Source: Antechinus flavipes (taxonomy: Eukaryota). From it: DNA of 64,000 nt. Positions 35,900-49,143 of this stretch are shown piece by piece. Location of the stretch: assembly GCF_016432865.1 (NCBI RefSeq), contig NC_067399.1, positions 244,404,001 through 244,468,000 on the forward strand, read 5' to 3'. Within the stretch, counting starts at the first letter, position 1; every line of letters begins with the position of its first letter. Both the position numbers and the translations under genes were made by a program. Below the pieces are notes generated by a model. It searched no databases. It worked only from the letters and a program-made list of their open reading frames with translations, and was not told the DNA's origin.

Positions 35900-37270
35900 C
35901 AATCAACTCCAACTACATTTGATTATAGCTATTATGTTCCTTCCATCCCCCTGCCAAGTCTACTCTTTACCAGATTGACACTTCCCGGTTCTTCCAACTT
36001 ATCCTTGTGAGATATAATCTCAGTGACCTTCACCATCCTGATTGCTCTCTTCCAGATGCTCTACAGATTAATAATGGCCTTATTCAACTGAACACACCAC
36101 CACAGATATGTTTTGGCCAAGGATTATTATAGAGAGATTATCACCTCCTTATAGTGGAAGATATACCCATTACCATCCCAGGTCATCTCAGTCATCTTGA
36201 CATCTGTCTTGCCACTGGACTTCATTGACTGGAGGAGAGAATAAGGTTCTGTCTCACTTAAATCCAATTCATGTGCAAGTCAAGACATCACCCTGTGATA
36301 TCATCAGTCCTCTTTGAGAAAAAAGGACAAACAACAATTAATCAATGCAACCCCAGACCATATAGCTTCTCTGGCTACCCTATCCCACTCCTTACTCATA
36401 TTAAGCATATAGTTCATTAAACCTTTCAGATTTTTTTCAGGCAAACTTCAGTACTATTTAACTATCCTATACTTAGGAAGCTGATTTCTGGAACCTTTGT
36501 AAGACCTATTTATGCTTATTGAATTTCATCTTATTACATCAATCAGCCTGATATTCTAACTCATCAAGGTCCTTTTAGATTCTAACTCTGTTATCTAATG
36601 TATTAGTTACCCCTTCCAGTTTTGAATCATTTTAAACTTCAACTAATATGTCCTCTATGTCTTTATTCAAGTCATCAGTAAAATTATTTAACAGCACAGA
36701 GTCTAGTGGGGCACTACACTGGAGCCCTCCTGCCAAGTCATCAATGAATCATAACCATCTAGTCATTCAACCAGGTCTGAATCCATTGATAATGCTTTTA
36801 TTATTGATAATGTTTTTATTCTCTAGCTGTTTTAACCTCCAGCTTTTCCACAACAATAGATGATATACTTTGTCAAATGTTTTCCTAGAATCTAAATAAT
36901 CAATAGCTATAATATGCTAATGACCTACTGTGAGCTGAGCAACCATGCCAGAAGAAAAAAAAAATAGTCTGGCATAAACTATGCTGGCTTCTTATAAATT
37001 CCCTACTTTTCTTTCTAGAAAGGAAATCACTTTAATGATTCCTTTCCAAATCTTCCCAGGTATTGAAGTCAAGTTCAGTAGTCTATAGTTCACATACCAT
37101 ATTCTCCTCTCTTTTGTGAAAATTAAGACAGTTGACTTATCCAGTTTGCATTTCTCCCATTTTCCATTGTCCTTCAAACATTACCAATAATGATCACATT
37201 GATCAATCATATTGGAGGATCTTTTTCAATAACTGAAGACCTTCAGATGAATTTGATAATTCAAATTTAT
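35900..37270 (-). mobile_element. L3/CR1 LINE ORF2/3' fragment, degenerate
   Basis: ORF 36992-37177 contains NYRLLNLTSIPGKIWKGII, like CR1 NYRPVSLTSIPGKIMEQII. Interrupted by an RTE-type insert at about 36170-36340. Confidence 0.8.
36170..36340 (+). mobile_element. RTE-type 3' end fragment nested in L3
   Basis: tcttgccactggactt...ggaggagaga...ctcacttaaatccaattcatgtgcaagtcaagacatcaccc...tcctctttgag...ggacaaacaacaa. Confidence 0.72.
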
Positions 37271-37347
37271 CAAATGCAACTTGGTTTTCTCTTCTTGTGT
37301 CCAAACTTAGCTTTGGTTCTGATTTGGCATTTTATGGGTTTTTTGTT

Positions 37348-37349
<2 letters not shown>

Positions 37350-37392
<43 letters not shown>
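37350..37392. repeat. (GT)n microsatellite, about 21 units
   Basis: Read directly from the sequence. Confidence 0.98.
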
Positions 37393-37393
<1 letters not shown>

Positions 37394-37479
37394 CGCTTAT
37401 ACTTCCTTTCCAAAGCTACCTTATACTTATTTTGTATTTAATCTGCACATACCCATATCCAATTTGTTGTCATCTTGTC

Positions 37480-37912
37480 TATTCTAACTTTGCAACATCT
37501 TTCCTATACATTTCCTTCTCTTCTCTGATGTTGCCAACATCCTGGTGCAACTCTCATCCAGATTATTGTGATAGTGTTCTCCTTGGTCTGCCAGCCTCAA
37601 GTCTCTCCTCCATCTAGCCATCAAAGTGGGTCTTCCTAAAGTGTGGATCTGATAATGTCACAACTCGCTCCTGCTACTCATTCAAAAAACTATACCTCCA
37701 GGATTAAATATAAAATCCTCTGTTGCTTTTTCTAAAACCCCTCATAATCTGTCCCTTTCCTAGCACCCCTCATTCCTTTTTACATACTCTGTACTTCAGT
37801 GATACTGGCCTCTTGCTTAGTCATCAAACAAGATGCTCTAGCTCCCACTTTGTTGTATCTTGACTTGCTCTCTCATATCTGGAAAGCTTTCTTTCCTTCC
37901 AGATTCCCATTC

Positions 37913-37961
<49 letters not shown>

Positions 37962-38160
37962 GCCTGTATACAGGATTGTCTGTTATCACATGTATGTATA
38001 TGTATATGTATTTATTTATTTATTTGGTTGTTATATTATCATAATCATTTGATTATGAGCTCCTTGAGAATAGGAGCTGCTTTTGCCTTTCTTTGTATAA
38101 CTCACATTTAGCACAGTACCTGGCAAATAGTAGGTGTTTAATAAATACCTATTGACTTTA
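37480..38160 (+). mobile_element. L2 LINE 3' portion containing a (GT)n tract
   Basis: ccagattattgtgatagtgttctccttggtctgccagcctcaagtctctcc...gagctccttgagaataggagctg...gcacagtacctggcaaatagtaggtgtttaataaat. Confidence 0.78.
37915..37958. repeat. (GT)22 microsatellite
   Basis: Read directly from the sequence. Confidence 0.98.
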
Positions 38161-40925
38161 GATATTGACTACATATTTGTATATATTGTCTTCCTAACTG
38201 AATTTAAGTGCAATGTCTGGCACTTACTGTTCTTGGTAAAGATAATACAAACAAAATGAGAAGAAAATAGCACTATTTGTTTTTTGGTCATCAGTTATCA
38301 CTGTCCATTAAGTAAATATCCCATCCCTTCTTTCATTTTCCCTCTCTCAATGTAGATTTTAAAAAGACGCCTTATTATCTTGAGGGTCTCTCTCCAGATT
38401 CATCTCCTTCTTAACTTTATTATGACTTTTCTAGGGCCATCCCATAGTCTTATTTCATCTGTGGGGATCTGCCCCTTCTTCCATCATCTGAGGGTCTCTT
38501 TAAGCAAATTCTTATTTTTCCTCCTCCTTGTAATTATTTTGTCTTTGGAATTCCAATCTTGAGGACTTCCCTTGTCTCCTTGACTGAATTCCTCAGTAGA
38601 ATTTTAGTCCATGGGAGCATTCTTATTTCTCTTCTGAACTCTCTGAAAACTGTTCTTTCCATATTTAAGCTACATGCCAGATTATATATGCCCAATACTT
38701 TTTTTTTCTATCTCTAACAAGGAGGGGTCACTTGCCCACAAGCACATTATTTTCATCCCAGTAACAAGTTTCTATGCATTAGAAAGAATCATGATCAGAA
38801 CAGAATTTCCCCTAATTGATTCCTCATTTTTTAAAGGATCAATTTACCCAAGTAAAGAAAGGTTAGGAAGGACATTTCAGTTAGAAGATCTGAATTCAAA
38901 TCTTAGCTCTGCCATTTATTTCCTGTGTGATCTGGAGTGATTTATTTCTTTGTCTTCCACTATAAAATTAGAGTATAGGAGTAGATGACCTATAGATCCC
39001 TTTCATCTATATTATGTAAGATGTTTCAATCCCAAGAGCTATATACATTTACAACACCAGATTTTTATTTTAATTCATAACTTACTCTCATTCTGTGATT
39101 TTAAAAAGGCATGCAACGAACGTGCTTAACATACTTTAGTTCATTTGATCTTCATAAAATCTGTGAGACAGATTCTATTATCATTCCCACTTTACCAATA
39201 CAGAAACTGAGGCTAAGAGGGATGAAATCACTTGCCTTGGATTACACATAGCTAGTAAGTATCCAAGGGAATAATGAATTCAGGTCTTCCTGATTCCAAT
39301 TCTAGTTCTCTATCCCCTGTACCAAGTACATCCTACTTCATCCTTATACTCTTAAAAACCACTGCCAACAACAAAATTTCTTAGGTCTTTAACATAAAAG
39401 TCAACTTTTCATCGTTTAATCCAAAGCAGTCACCAGCATTCTGTCATTTCAAGAACTCTAGAGCAGAGGAACTGAGAATTGCAGAAAGTGTTTTTAGGAA
39501 ATAAAAGGATGGGTGGGGTGGAGCCAACTGCTGATTTTTAACAAAATGGTGATGTGTTTGAAACACATTTCAAATACATGACTTAAGACCAAAATTTATC
39601 TTGAAAAAGATATCTATCTTGATGTTCCCCTTGAATATGCATATATTCCTTACTAAAGATCATTTTGTTTATTTAAAAATTGTTTAAATATTATACAGAA
39701 TATGCATAAATTCCATGCTAAGGTTTTTTTTAAATTTCCATATCAAGAAGATAATTTTATAATTACTGCCTAAACCAAATGCATGTCTATTTATAAATTT
39801 TTAGGACAAAACTTATTTTCCTTAATTTTTGCTTCTTGGGTGCAAAAATGTTCTTCTTCCCAATAATGGGTTTGTATGCACAAGCTAATGAAACATTTTT
39901 GTATTCCACCCTACCCGATAAAGAAACACATAAAGAAATGAAAGTTCCCTGATGAAGGACGCAAAGTCAGAATTCTATAAGCTTTGTTTTCCTCTCAACA
40001 TTCCAGTCCCAGCCCCCCAGAAGGGCTGGCAGGGATTTGCAAAGGACTTTAATCTTTAATCTTTTTAAGGACCCAGATTCCTGAGACCAAAAGATAAGTC
40101 AAAGGATAATGCATTCCATAAGTCAACCTTGTTCTGACAGAGTCTATGGCTGTGTGACTGACTGTCACTGAGGTCAATTCTAGGCACACAAAGCTGTATC
40201 AAACTCAACAATCCTGATATTGGTCAAGTGAAAACAGAAAGGTAGATTCTATGTTCTATGATAGATGTGGAGACTGTAGATTTTGAAATTAAGAAGCCAA
40301 CACCTATCATTTTATAAATAAGGAAACTGAGGCACAGAACATATAACTGGGATATGAATCTAGATCTTAATGAATCTAACTACTACACCACTGTCTCTGA
40401 TTAGTCTTCATTTCATATTATCTCATAAAGAGAACACTGAGACTGGAATAGGAGAAAAATAGTTTTAAGTTTTTCCCTCCATGAACACAACTGGGTTTTA
40501 AAAATTGATGTAAGCCACTGGTAATTTTTTTAAGCAAAACTTTTCTAGGAAAACCAATGAAGGGGATCCTTCCTTTAATATTTTTTATTTTCATTATAGA
40601 CATTTTTCTATAGGAATTTTAAACATCTAGAAATATAACCCATCAACTTGGATTTCTCTGTAGTGAGTATAAAGTGGATTACAATAATTACACATCAAAG
40701 TCTTTCTACCTCATTGTTACTGTCATTATATACCTATGGTAGATGAGTTACCATGGTACCTAAGCCTACATTAATCATTGTTAGGAACGGGCTGTAGTCT
40801 CCATCAGGAACAGAGCCCAAATCATACTTGTTCCATTATTATGACCACCAGTGGGCTTGGGGCAGAAGAGCTAATGGATAGAGGTCATTACTAATCAGTC
40901 TTCAAATGGGATGCTTGGCTTCTAG

Positions 40926-40949
40926 CAGAGATTCTTAACTCTGTGTGTA

Positions 40950-40990
<41 letters not shown>

Positions 40991-41182
40991 ATACACTGCT
41001 ATGGACTCCTTCGGTGATCTGGTGGAAACTATGGACTCCTTCTCAGAAGAGAAGGTTGTTGTTGTTTAATATTTGAATGAAATGCTTAATTTCATTTAGA
41101 GACTAGTTACAATAAAGATGAAATTTTTTCCCACCTAAGTTTTTAAAGTCCTGAAATCTAGATGCCAGGTTAAGAATCTCTG
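40926..41182. mobile_element. MER5-like hAT MITE with an internal (GT)n expansion
   Basis: TIRs cagagattcttaact / ggttaagaatctctg match at 14 of 15; TTCTAG flanks both sides (the Charlie-type target). Confidence 0.78.
40942..40988. repeat. Imperfect (GT)n microsatellite inside a hAT MITE
   Basis: Read directly; perfect from 40955. Confidence 0.95.
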
Positions 41183-44100
41183 TTCTAGAAACTATTTATC
41201 TTTTTTAAAAAAATCATTATTAATTAGAATAATTATATTGAATAACTTCAAACATTACCTATGCTTTTCATTAGCATAATAGCACTTTTTGCAAAATTTC
41301 CACATATTCTTTCAGAGGATGAGCCATGTACAGTCCTCCAGTTGTCAAAATAGTATAACACAGACCCTTCCAAGGATTCATCAAACTGAAAAGGCTTGCA
41401 ATACTCCCAGAGATTGAAGACTAGCCTATCCGAGGACAGAGAGGTTCACAAGGGAAGACTGCTTGATAGGTGTTTATAATATCTTGCCACAAATATCTTG
41501 CCACTCACAAAACAGATAAAAATACAAAATGGTCCTCAGGCTCATGAAGACCCTGCACCCCTTCGCTTTTTCTATAGCAATAGTTGCAGGGTCCAAAAAA
41601 GGGGCCATAGGATATCAAGAATTACTCAGCTTTAACACCAATTTCAAACACTGAGTTAAATGCTGATAGCCTAGATGTGTGTGTCTCTGTGTGTGCTCTC
41701 TTTTAAGAAACTAAACCACATATTTGGTGACATTTCACTTTAAATGACATGGTGACGCAAAACTTCTCCAATCCTTATGATATCCATGTTGGGTAATTAG
41801 GACAAATATATCAGCTTATAACTTAGGAAATTTAAGTGATTAGTTCAAAGTCAACATGCAAGTTAGTGACAGAAGCAGAGACTAGTTCCCAGGTCTGACC
41901 CCCTCTATTTCTTTTCTACTATTTCTAGGCAGCTTCTTCCTATCTGCCTGTTAGGGATAACAGGTTATCCATTATTACTGATAGTGATGAAGAAAGAGCA
42001 CTCTCTCCACAATGGTTTCTCCCTTTAATGATAGTGGTGGGGATTGGGTTGGAAGCTCTGGTGGCTTGGAAAGGATGGTGCTTTGCACATAGCAGTGCTT
42101 AATTAATGTTTTTCTTATTCATTCATTCAATTGCCAATTGTTGCTATTTGCCACAAGAAGGGGCAAAATGAGAGAGTATCAATAATTCACTTCAGACCTG
42201 TCTCTACTACCAGAAAATGAATATTGAGTACTTATCTTACTTTTGGTGAATGAGTAGGGTTCTCATCTAAAAGGAGCTTGCATTTATTCCTGCCTCACCA
42301 TCATAAACATATGTAAAGGCTGTAATGGAACAAATTCCATTGGTCCACAACTTCTACCAAAAAAAAAAAAAAAAGGCAAGTGAATATGCCTTAAGGGATG
42401 GATTTATTGTCAAGAAGACAAATTTTGTGTCCATGGTCTTCATTTGCTATTTGAAACTGCCCTGCTGGCTACAATTCTGAAGAGCTAAGAGATGAAAAAA
42501 TAAACAGTTTTATTTCCCTAAATGTGCTCCTTTCAGACATGTGGGCTTTTAAACTTCTTTCTTCCAACACTATAAGGCACTTAAAATACAGACAGCTCAC
42601 TTTTTTGCAATAGCATTTCGTTGTGCTGGGGCAAATGTTTTAAGTCTGTAGATTTAAGAAACTACTATAGAAAAGAAAGTGATTTTCCCTAACATAATAA
42701 CCACAAATTAGGAATGCCAGCATTAAAAAGTCATGTCATTTTGCTCTCACCCAGCTATATCCCTGACATCTCCCTTTATCTTAGATACATCAGAAGCAGC
42801 TTCTTACTAGTTGTAGAAACTGAACAAACATTTCCATTTTCCTTTGGTATTGATGAGGTTGTGAAAACTGGAAATTCAGGCCAATGAGCCCTAAAGCTCC
42901 TTAGACCATCTACTCGGAAGACTGCACATAGCATCTTTTCAAAACTTTGACTGTTTAACTGTGAAAATTCTTAGGATACAGATACCCTATTCCCTTGGCT
43001 CACCCTGCCTTCCCTAGTTCTCTCTCCCCCAGGGTTCCCATTCCACATGGATGCACTCAACTGGGAATAGGGTGTTCTCAGGCATAGACTTTCTTGTTGG
43101 ATTTGACAGAAAGAGTTACTGGGACTGCTGTTGGGGTGAATTTATTGCTGTAGGACTTAGGGAATGTGAAATTCAATGATTGGTTTTCATTCATTCAACC
43201 CCCTTGACCAAAAGATTTACATGGTGAGATTAGGGAGCTCAGAAAAAGCAGCCGAAGGCACGTAATAAATTGGGAGTTCTGGAAACACAGCAAATGTACT
43301 ACTTTAGGAGACTAACAGACATGAAAATGGTCTTTTAATAACACCATTAATACAGAACTTGGACGAAACTACAGTATCTGATTTTTTTGTATTATCCAGT
43401 TATTCTGAAAAATGACTGTTCAAGTTTTTTTAGAGGAACCCTTGACCCTTTGCCCCATCCCAAACCAAAGCTAAGAGAAAGTCTAAACTGCCTAAAAGAC
43501 TTTGGGGGGTGCAGGAACTCTCAACAGAAATACTCCCCAACTACCATGTAGAAATGGCAAATTCTCCAAATGGCCATGAAGATACCATCATTGCTGTCTG
43601 GTCTCTAGAAGCATCAGAAACATCCTCTTTAAAAAAGACCAATAATTTCAGTTTACTTTATTCTAACTCTACTTCCATCCCTATCCATGCCTATCTCCTA
43701 ATGGAAAATTAGGCAGAGAACTTTGGCAATTTGGGGAGGGAAAGGGAAGGGAATAAGACAAGCCCTTCCACTGATAATATTTCCTCCTTAATTATTGCTT
43801 CAGCTTTTCATCTTTCTACCAAATGTCTCAGCTGCCAACAGGACCACCTGGAGTACCACCAAACTGAGGCTCTCTGGGGAGTCTTATGAAACACTGATTC
43901 CTTGTTAGGCGTTCCACTGTGCTAATAGCAATGATGCATAGCACATCTGTACCAGGCTCTAGGAATGGGAAAGGCTGCCTCAACGGAGCCTGGAGAACTT
44001 GGTTCAGCTAGTCAGACATCAGAGTTAGCAGTTCCTTTGTCACCCCTAGTCTCTATCCTTCACAGATGGAAAGGGGAAGGAGGGGAAGAAGAAAGAATGG

Positions 44101-46119
44101 AATACTGTACCACAAGATTAAACACTGCAGCATCAACACGCGTGCTGCCCTGTTCTGAACAATGTTATCATTGTAAACTGGATGAACCAAAGGGATGGGG
44201 AAAATGTGTGTGTAGGGGTTGGAGGGGGGAGTGGTGGGAAAGATGGGTTTAATTATCTCTTGGGCTCAGGCAAATTGTTTATAAGAGCAATTCAAATGCT
44301 GGCAAATGAGGGATTCTAGTCTCAAAAAGATGTTGAAATATATATTGCAAGACATGGCAATTGAGGGAGTGTATAGTGAGCTCTTGTGATAATAGACTCA
44401 TTGGGCCACAGAACGTCAGAGCTATAAGAGAAATGAGATATAATTTAGCCCAACCTTGCCATCTCCTGTAGAATTTTCATCTCAAACCAGATTCTTTTGT
44501 CACCTTGTACACTTCTAGGAGACATCCTGACCCAATTCCAGGTGAATTTAAATAGTAAAAACTGACTACTGTCACAGAGCTCAGCTGTGATTTAGTGGGA
44601 AGAACACTAGTATAGGAGCCAAGAAACTCAGTCTTAATCCTAGCTCTGTGTTGCTTTAATGAAATCATTTCATTTATTTTTTCATCCTTAATGTCCTTAC
44701 CTATAAAATAGAAAGAATGCATCATATAATATAGAGGTCTCCTTCAAAGCCAACAATTTATGATCATTAGAAATGCAAATCTAACCTGATATTTCAAAAA
44801 CAGAAATGACTTTTTGAGTTTTCTATGGTTTTAGATTATTCAACCTAGATATTTCTATTATTGGCATAACTTAAAAAAAATAACATGCTTATGGTGACAT
44901 CATGGAATGGGGGATATAGTGGATAGAGAGCAAGGCTCATAGCCAAGAATTATTGTGTTCAAGTTCTGATCCTGAAAGACTGTGTGAGCATGGACAAGTC
45001 ATTTAATCTCTCAATGTTCCAGGTAACTGGCTAAGAGTATAAATTACAGAAAAGGTGGCAATCTGAATTGATGAAGGGAGTTTCCTCCTTAGGGAGTTCC
45101 TAATCTTCAGTGAAATTACAACTCTTGTTCCTATTTTGTTTAATTTAAGAATTGAGTCTTTTTTAGCAAATAAATGGAACTTCCCTATTATTTTGTTTTT
45201 TTGTTTTATGCATTTTATTTTATTAAATAACAAAATACTAATAAATAATTATAAAATAATTTATTGTTATATAAAATAATTGTTTCATTATATAAATAAT
45301 AATTAGCAATAAAATGAGTATTTTCATATTAAAGTAAAATTTAAAAGATGATTGTACATGAAACTGCACATCTACTATTTACAATTTGTTATTCCTTTTA
45401 AATATGCAATATTTAAATTCATCTACACCCTTTACAATGGCAATAGAACCTTTTTACACTTGGCCATCGTAAAACAAGCAAAAGAGATTTCATTTTTTGA
45501 AAAGTTTGGGACAAGCCAGGTATAATCACTAAGAATTCTCTAATGACAAGAAACCACACTTACCAACTTTTAGGGAAATGCCCCATCATCCATGTTCAAA
45601 AACTCTTCTCCTGTACCCACAGACTTTCACTTTGGCATCATCCCACTACAATATACCTTTTTTCTGCCCAAGCCTTCTTTTGAAAATCTTCCTCCCTCTC
45701 TTATGCTGTATATCTTTTTAATTCACTAAGAATGCCAGAAGACCATAGCTCACAGTTCTATAGCAATTAACAAACAACTCATTTAGACAGGCCATGTGAA
45801 TATTATCTTCTTGATTATATGGAGAAGGAAACTGAGTCTCAGAAATGTTAAGCAATTTGCTCCACACCATCCAGATAGCAAGCACCAATCAGAACTTAAA
45901 CCCAGATGCCAATGCCTACCTAATCCAGCATTGTTTACACAAATTGAAGTTTATATAATCAAATATTAAGCTTTTCTTCCCACATGATAAATATAGACTA
46001 AAATACCATCTTCCCAACCACCTATCCCCACAATAGTTACTTTTTTGCTTTAACTTTACATATGAATTATCCAGAGGAAGAACTATGGAGAGTAAAAACA
46101 GATTGAAACATACTATTTT

Positions 46120-46370
46120 TACCTTTTTTTATTTCTTTGTTTTTTCTTTCTCATAGATTTTTCCCTTTTGTTCTGATTTTTCTTGCACAACATGACAAAT
46201 ATAGAAACATGTTAAATAATGATTGTGCATGAATAAACTGTATCAGATTGCTTGGTGTCTTGGGGAGGGGAAAGATAAGGAAGGAAGAAAAAATTTGGAA
46301 CTTAAAGTTACAAAAATGCTTGCTGAATATTATTTTTACATTTAATTGGAAAAAATAAAACATTATTGAA
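46120..46370 (+). mobile_element. Marsupial L1 3' UTR fragment (older subfamily)
   Basis: ttctgatttttcttgcacaacatgac...aatttggaactt...ggaaaaaataaaa, homologous to the other L1 ends in the window. Confidence 0.75.
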
Positions 46371-46569
46371 GTCTTTTAAAAAATTTCCAAAAAAAACTTT
46401 TTCTCACTTTTTCTCAATCTGTCATTCCAGCACTTTCTATTTCCTGGGATTTGGGGGAGAGTTTTTTTGGTTGTTTTTTTGTTTGTTTGTTTTTTGTTTT
46501 TGTTTTTGTTTTTGTTTTTTTTTTTTTTTTTGGAGTAGAGGAGACACTCAGGAAGAAATTTTGCTATAG

Positions 46570-46690
46570 CATTATCTTTTTCTTTTACTTTTTAAAAAAT
46601 TTTCAGCTCCAGATTCTCTCCATCCCTTTAACTCCTCCCTCACCCATTGAGAAAGCAAGAAATACATGTGCCTATGTGACATTGTAGCAT
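46570..46690 (-). mobile_element. L1 3' end fragment
   Basis: ttttcagctccagattctctccatccc...cccattgagaaagcaagaaa resembles a marsupial L1 terminus in reverse. Confidence 0.55.
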
Positions 46691-47574
46691 TATCCTTGTG
46701 GTCAGTATTTGAGGCTTCCTCATAGAAGAAACAGCCTCCTATAACATAATAAAGAACTTTTGGCATTTCATTGGTGGTACTTTTTAAGAGAGGATCCAAG
46801 AACAACGAATATTTGAATGTCTACAAATAAGTCTCAAACTGTGGACATGTTGAAAGTACAACTCTTGCATAAATATAAAAACAATTTTTCTGAAAGCACT
46901 CATAGATCTATTCTTATATATCTTCAACATCCCTATAGAATATATATTATTTCTATTTCACAGATGATGAAACTTAGGATAGAGATTACATGAATTTTCT
47001 AGAGTCCTACAGAGAGTTAGTAGCAAAGCTAGTTCCAAAATTCTGGTATTCTTATTCCAGTGTTCTTTATATTAGCAAAACTTCAATAACTTTCTTAAAA
47101 GTTGCTTCTTCAAGTTGCTTCAATTAGCTCTGGGGGGGAAAAGGAGAAAATATTTAAGAACAGGGGTAGGGCAATGGAAAGTTGCCTAGAATTAACTACC
47201 TTCTCATCCGGTTCTTCCTGTCTGAATTGTGCTGTCTATCTCTCTCAGGTTGTAGGCCCTCAAGGGAGAAGACCAAGTTTTGGCATGTGTTGAAAGGCTG
47301 AAACACACCACCTTCACTCAGAGAATAAATAAAAATAGCAACAAAGACTTGTTCTATAATACCTCACAGTCTAAGCTGCTAGTTTTTTCTAATAGTATTA
47401 CACAGATCTATTCCTTCAAAGTTTTGAAATATCAGGTAGAACGCTAGAAGAAATAGTGGGTGTAGGACATAGAAAGGGAATTGTGGTGGGGAAGAAGAAG
47501 GCAATTTAAATATTTTGGTGGGAAAGTGCTCAGGTCCTAGAGTTAGGAGCTGTGGGCAATAATATCAACTCTAG

Positions 47575-48085
47575 TTCTTAGCAGAACATTCATCCTTGCA
47601 AAACCTTGTGTTCCAAATTTTTCTCCCTCCTTTCCCCCATGTCCTCCTCTAAACATCAAGTTTAATATCAATATAGCTAAACGTGCAGTTCTTCTATATA
47701 TATTTCCACATTTCTCACGTGCACAAGAAAAATCAGATCAAAAAGGGAAAAAATGAGAAAAAAAAAGCAAGCAAACAACAACAAAAAAGGTGAAAATACT
47801 ATGTTGTAATCCATGTTCAGTCTCTATAGTCCTCTCTGGATGCAGAGGCTCTCTTCATCACAAGTCTATTGGAACTGGCCTGAATCACCTCATTGTTGAA
47901 AAGAGCCTCTTCCTCAGAGTTGATTATCATATAACCTTGTTGCTGTGTACAATGTTTTTTTGGTTCTACTCACTTCACTCAGCATCAGTTCATATAAGTT
48001 TCTCCAGGCCTTTCTGAAATCATCCTGCTTATTATTTCTTACAGAACAATAATATTCCCTAACATCCATATACCATAACTTATTA
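47575..48085 (-). mobile_element. Dasyurid-type L1, end of ORF2 plus 3' UTR
   Basis: caagaaaaatcagatcaaaaggg...aaggtgaaaatactatgttg...cacaagtctattggaactggcctgaatcacctcattgttgaaaagagc. Confidence 0.85.
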
Positions 48086-48184
48086 TGGATCCCCTTCCCT
48101 TTTTATGATTTCTTTCATCCTCTATAAAATTAGAATATGCATTTATTAAGCACATGCTATGTGCTTATCCCTGTGAAGTATGAA

Positions 48185-48395
48185 GGATTTGTGATTGTGC
48201 TGACTCTTCGTGACCTCATTTGGAGTTTCCTTGGCAGAGAAAGAGATACTAACTCTCTTCTCCAACTCATCTTACAGATGAGGAAACTGAAGCACACTGA
48301 ATTTAAGTGACTTGCCCAGGATCACCCAGCTAATAGTATCTGAGGCTGGGTTTGAACTCTGGAAGAGAAATCTTTCCGACTCCAGGCCTGACAGT
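48185..48395 (-). mobile_element. MAR1-type CORE SINE
   Basis: gtttccttggcagaga...tctccaactcatcttacagatgaggaaactgaagc...gtgacttgcccaggatcacccagct. Confidence 0.7.
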
Positions 48396-48977
48396 CAAGA
48401 AGCTTAGGTTCTTTGGGAACACCTCCCACCACTGACCTTACCTACTTCACAAAGTTATGGGGAGCCTTCACATGAGATGATATATGTAAAGTTCTTTATA
48501 AATTGCCACTATGCAAAACACAAGCTACTGTTATTATTATAAACCAGTGAGGCTACCAGGCACTATCTGTGGTGAGGAGTTTAGCCTTATTTCAGCTAAG
48601 CAATCTTACTTGAGTTCCCTGGAGAACCCATGTTGATGCTATAAAGACTGTCCTTTTACTGTTCCATTCTCAGGTGGGGAGTTTTGGAGGATGAACAAGT
48701 TCCTTTCATTCTCTCACATTCATCATCATCAGAAGTAGCATTTATATAGCTCTTTAAGGTTTGTGAGGTGCTTTACAAATATTATCTCATTCAATCTTCA
48801 CAACAACTTTGGGAGATCAATGTCATTGTTAACTTCCTTTTTACAAATGAGGAAACTGAAACAGACAGAGGCTAAATGACAGCTAGTTAATATCTGAGGA
48901 TTTGAATTCAGCTCTTCTTGACTCCAGTTCCAGGACTCTATCCATTAGCCACTTATCTGCTTCTCTTTCTCATAGAA

Positions 48978-49106
48978 TTTTTTTTATTATTAAAGGTTTT
49001 TATTTTCAAAACATATACTTGGATAATTTTTTAATATTTGCCCTTTTAAAACTTTGTGTTCCAAATTTTCTCCCCCTTTCCCCCCCTTCCCTAGATGGCA
49101 AATAAT

Positions 49107-49110
<4 letters not shown>
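48978..49110 (-). mobile_element. L1 extreme 3' end, ending in a (TA)n tract
   Basis: aaggtttttattttcaaaacatat...gtgttccaaattttc...ccctagatggcaaataatcc is the reverse of the 7374-7600 type terminus. Confidence 0.8.

Positions 49111-49138
<28 letters not shown>
49109..49138. repeat. (TA)n microsatellite
   Basis: Read directly from the sequence. Confidence 0.97.

Positions 49139-49143
<5 letters not shown>

Noticed and set aside
36992-37177. ORFs with RT-like motifs (also 30094-30288)
   Set aside because: Degenerate L3/CR1 ORF2 remnants, not host genes.
37190-38111. ORFs with CVCVCV or VVVV runs (also 3352-3576 and 49824-50054)
   Set aside because: Translations of microsatellites.
46120-46690. 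Tail-to-tail L1 ends as a dsRNA hairpin
   Set aside because: Different subfamilies with little mutual complementarity.
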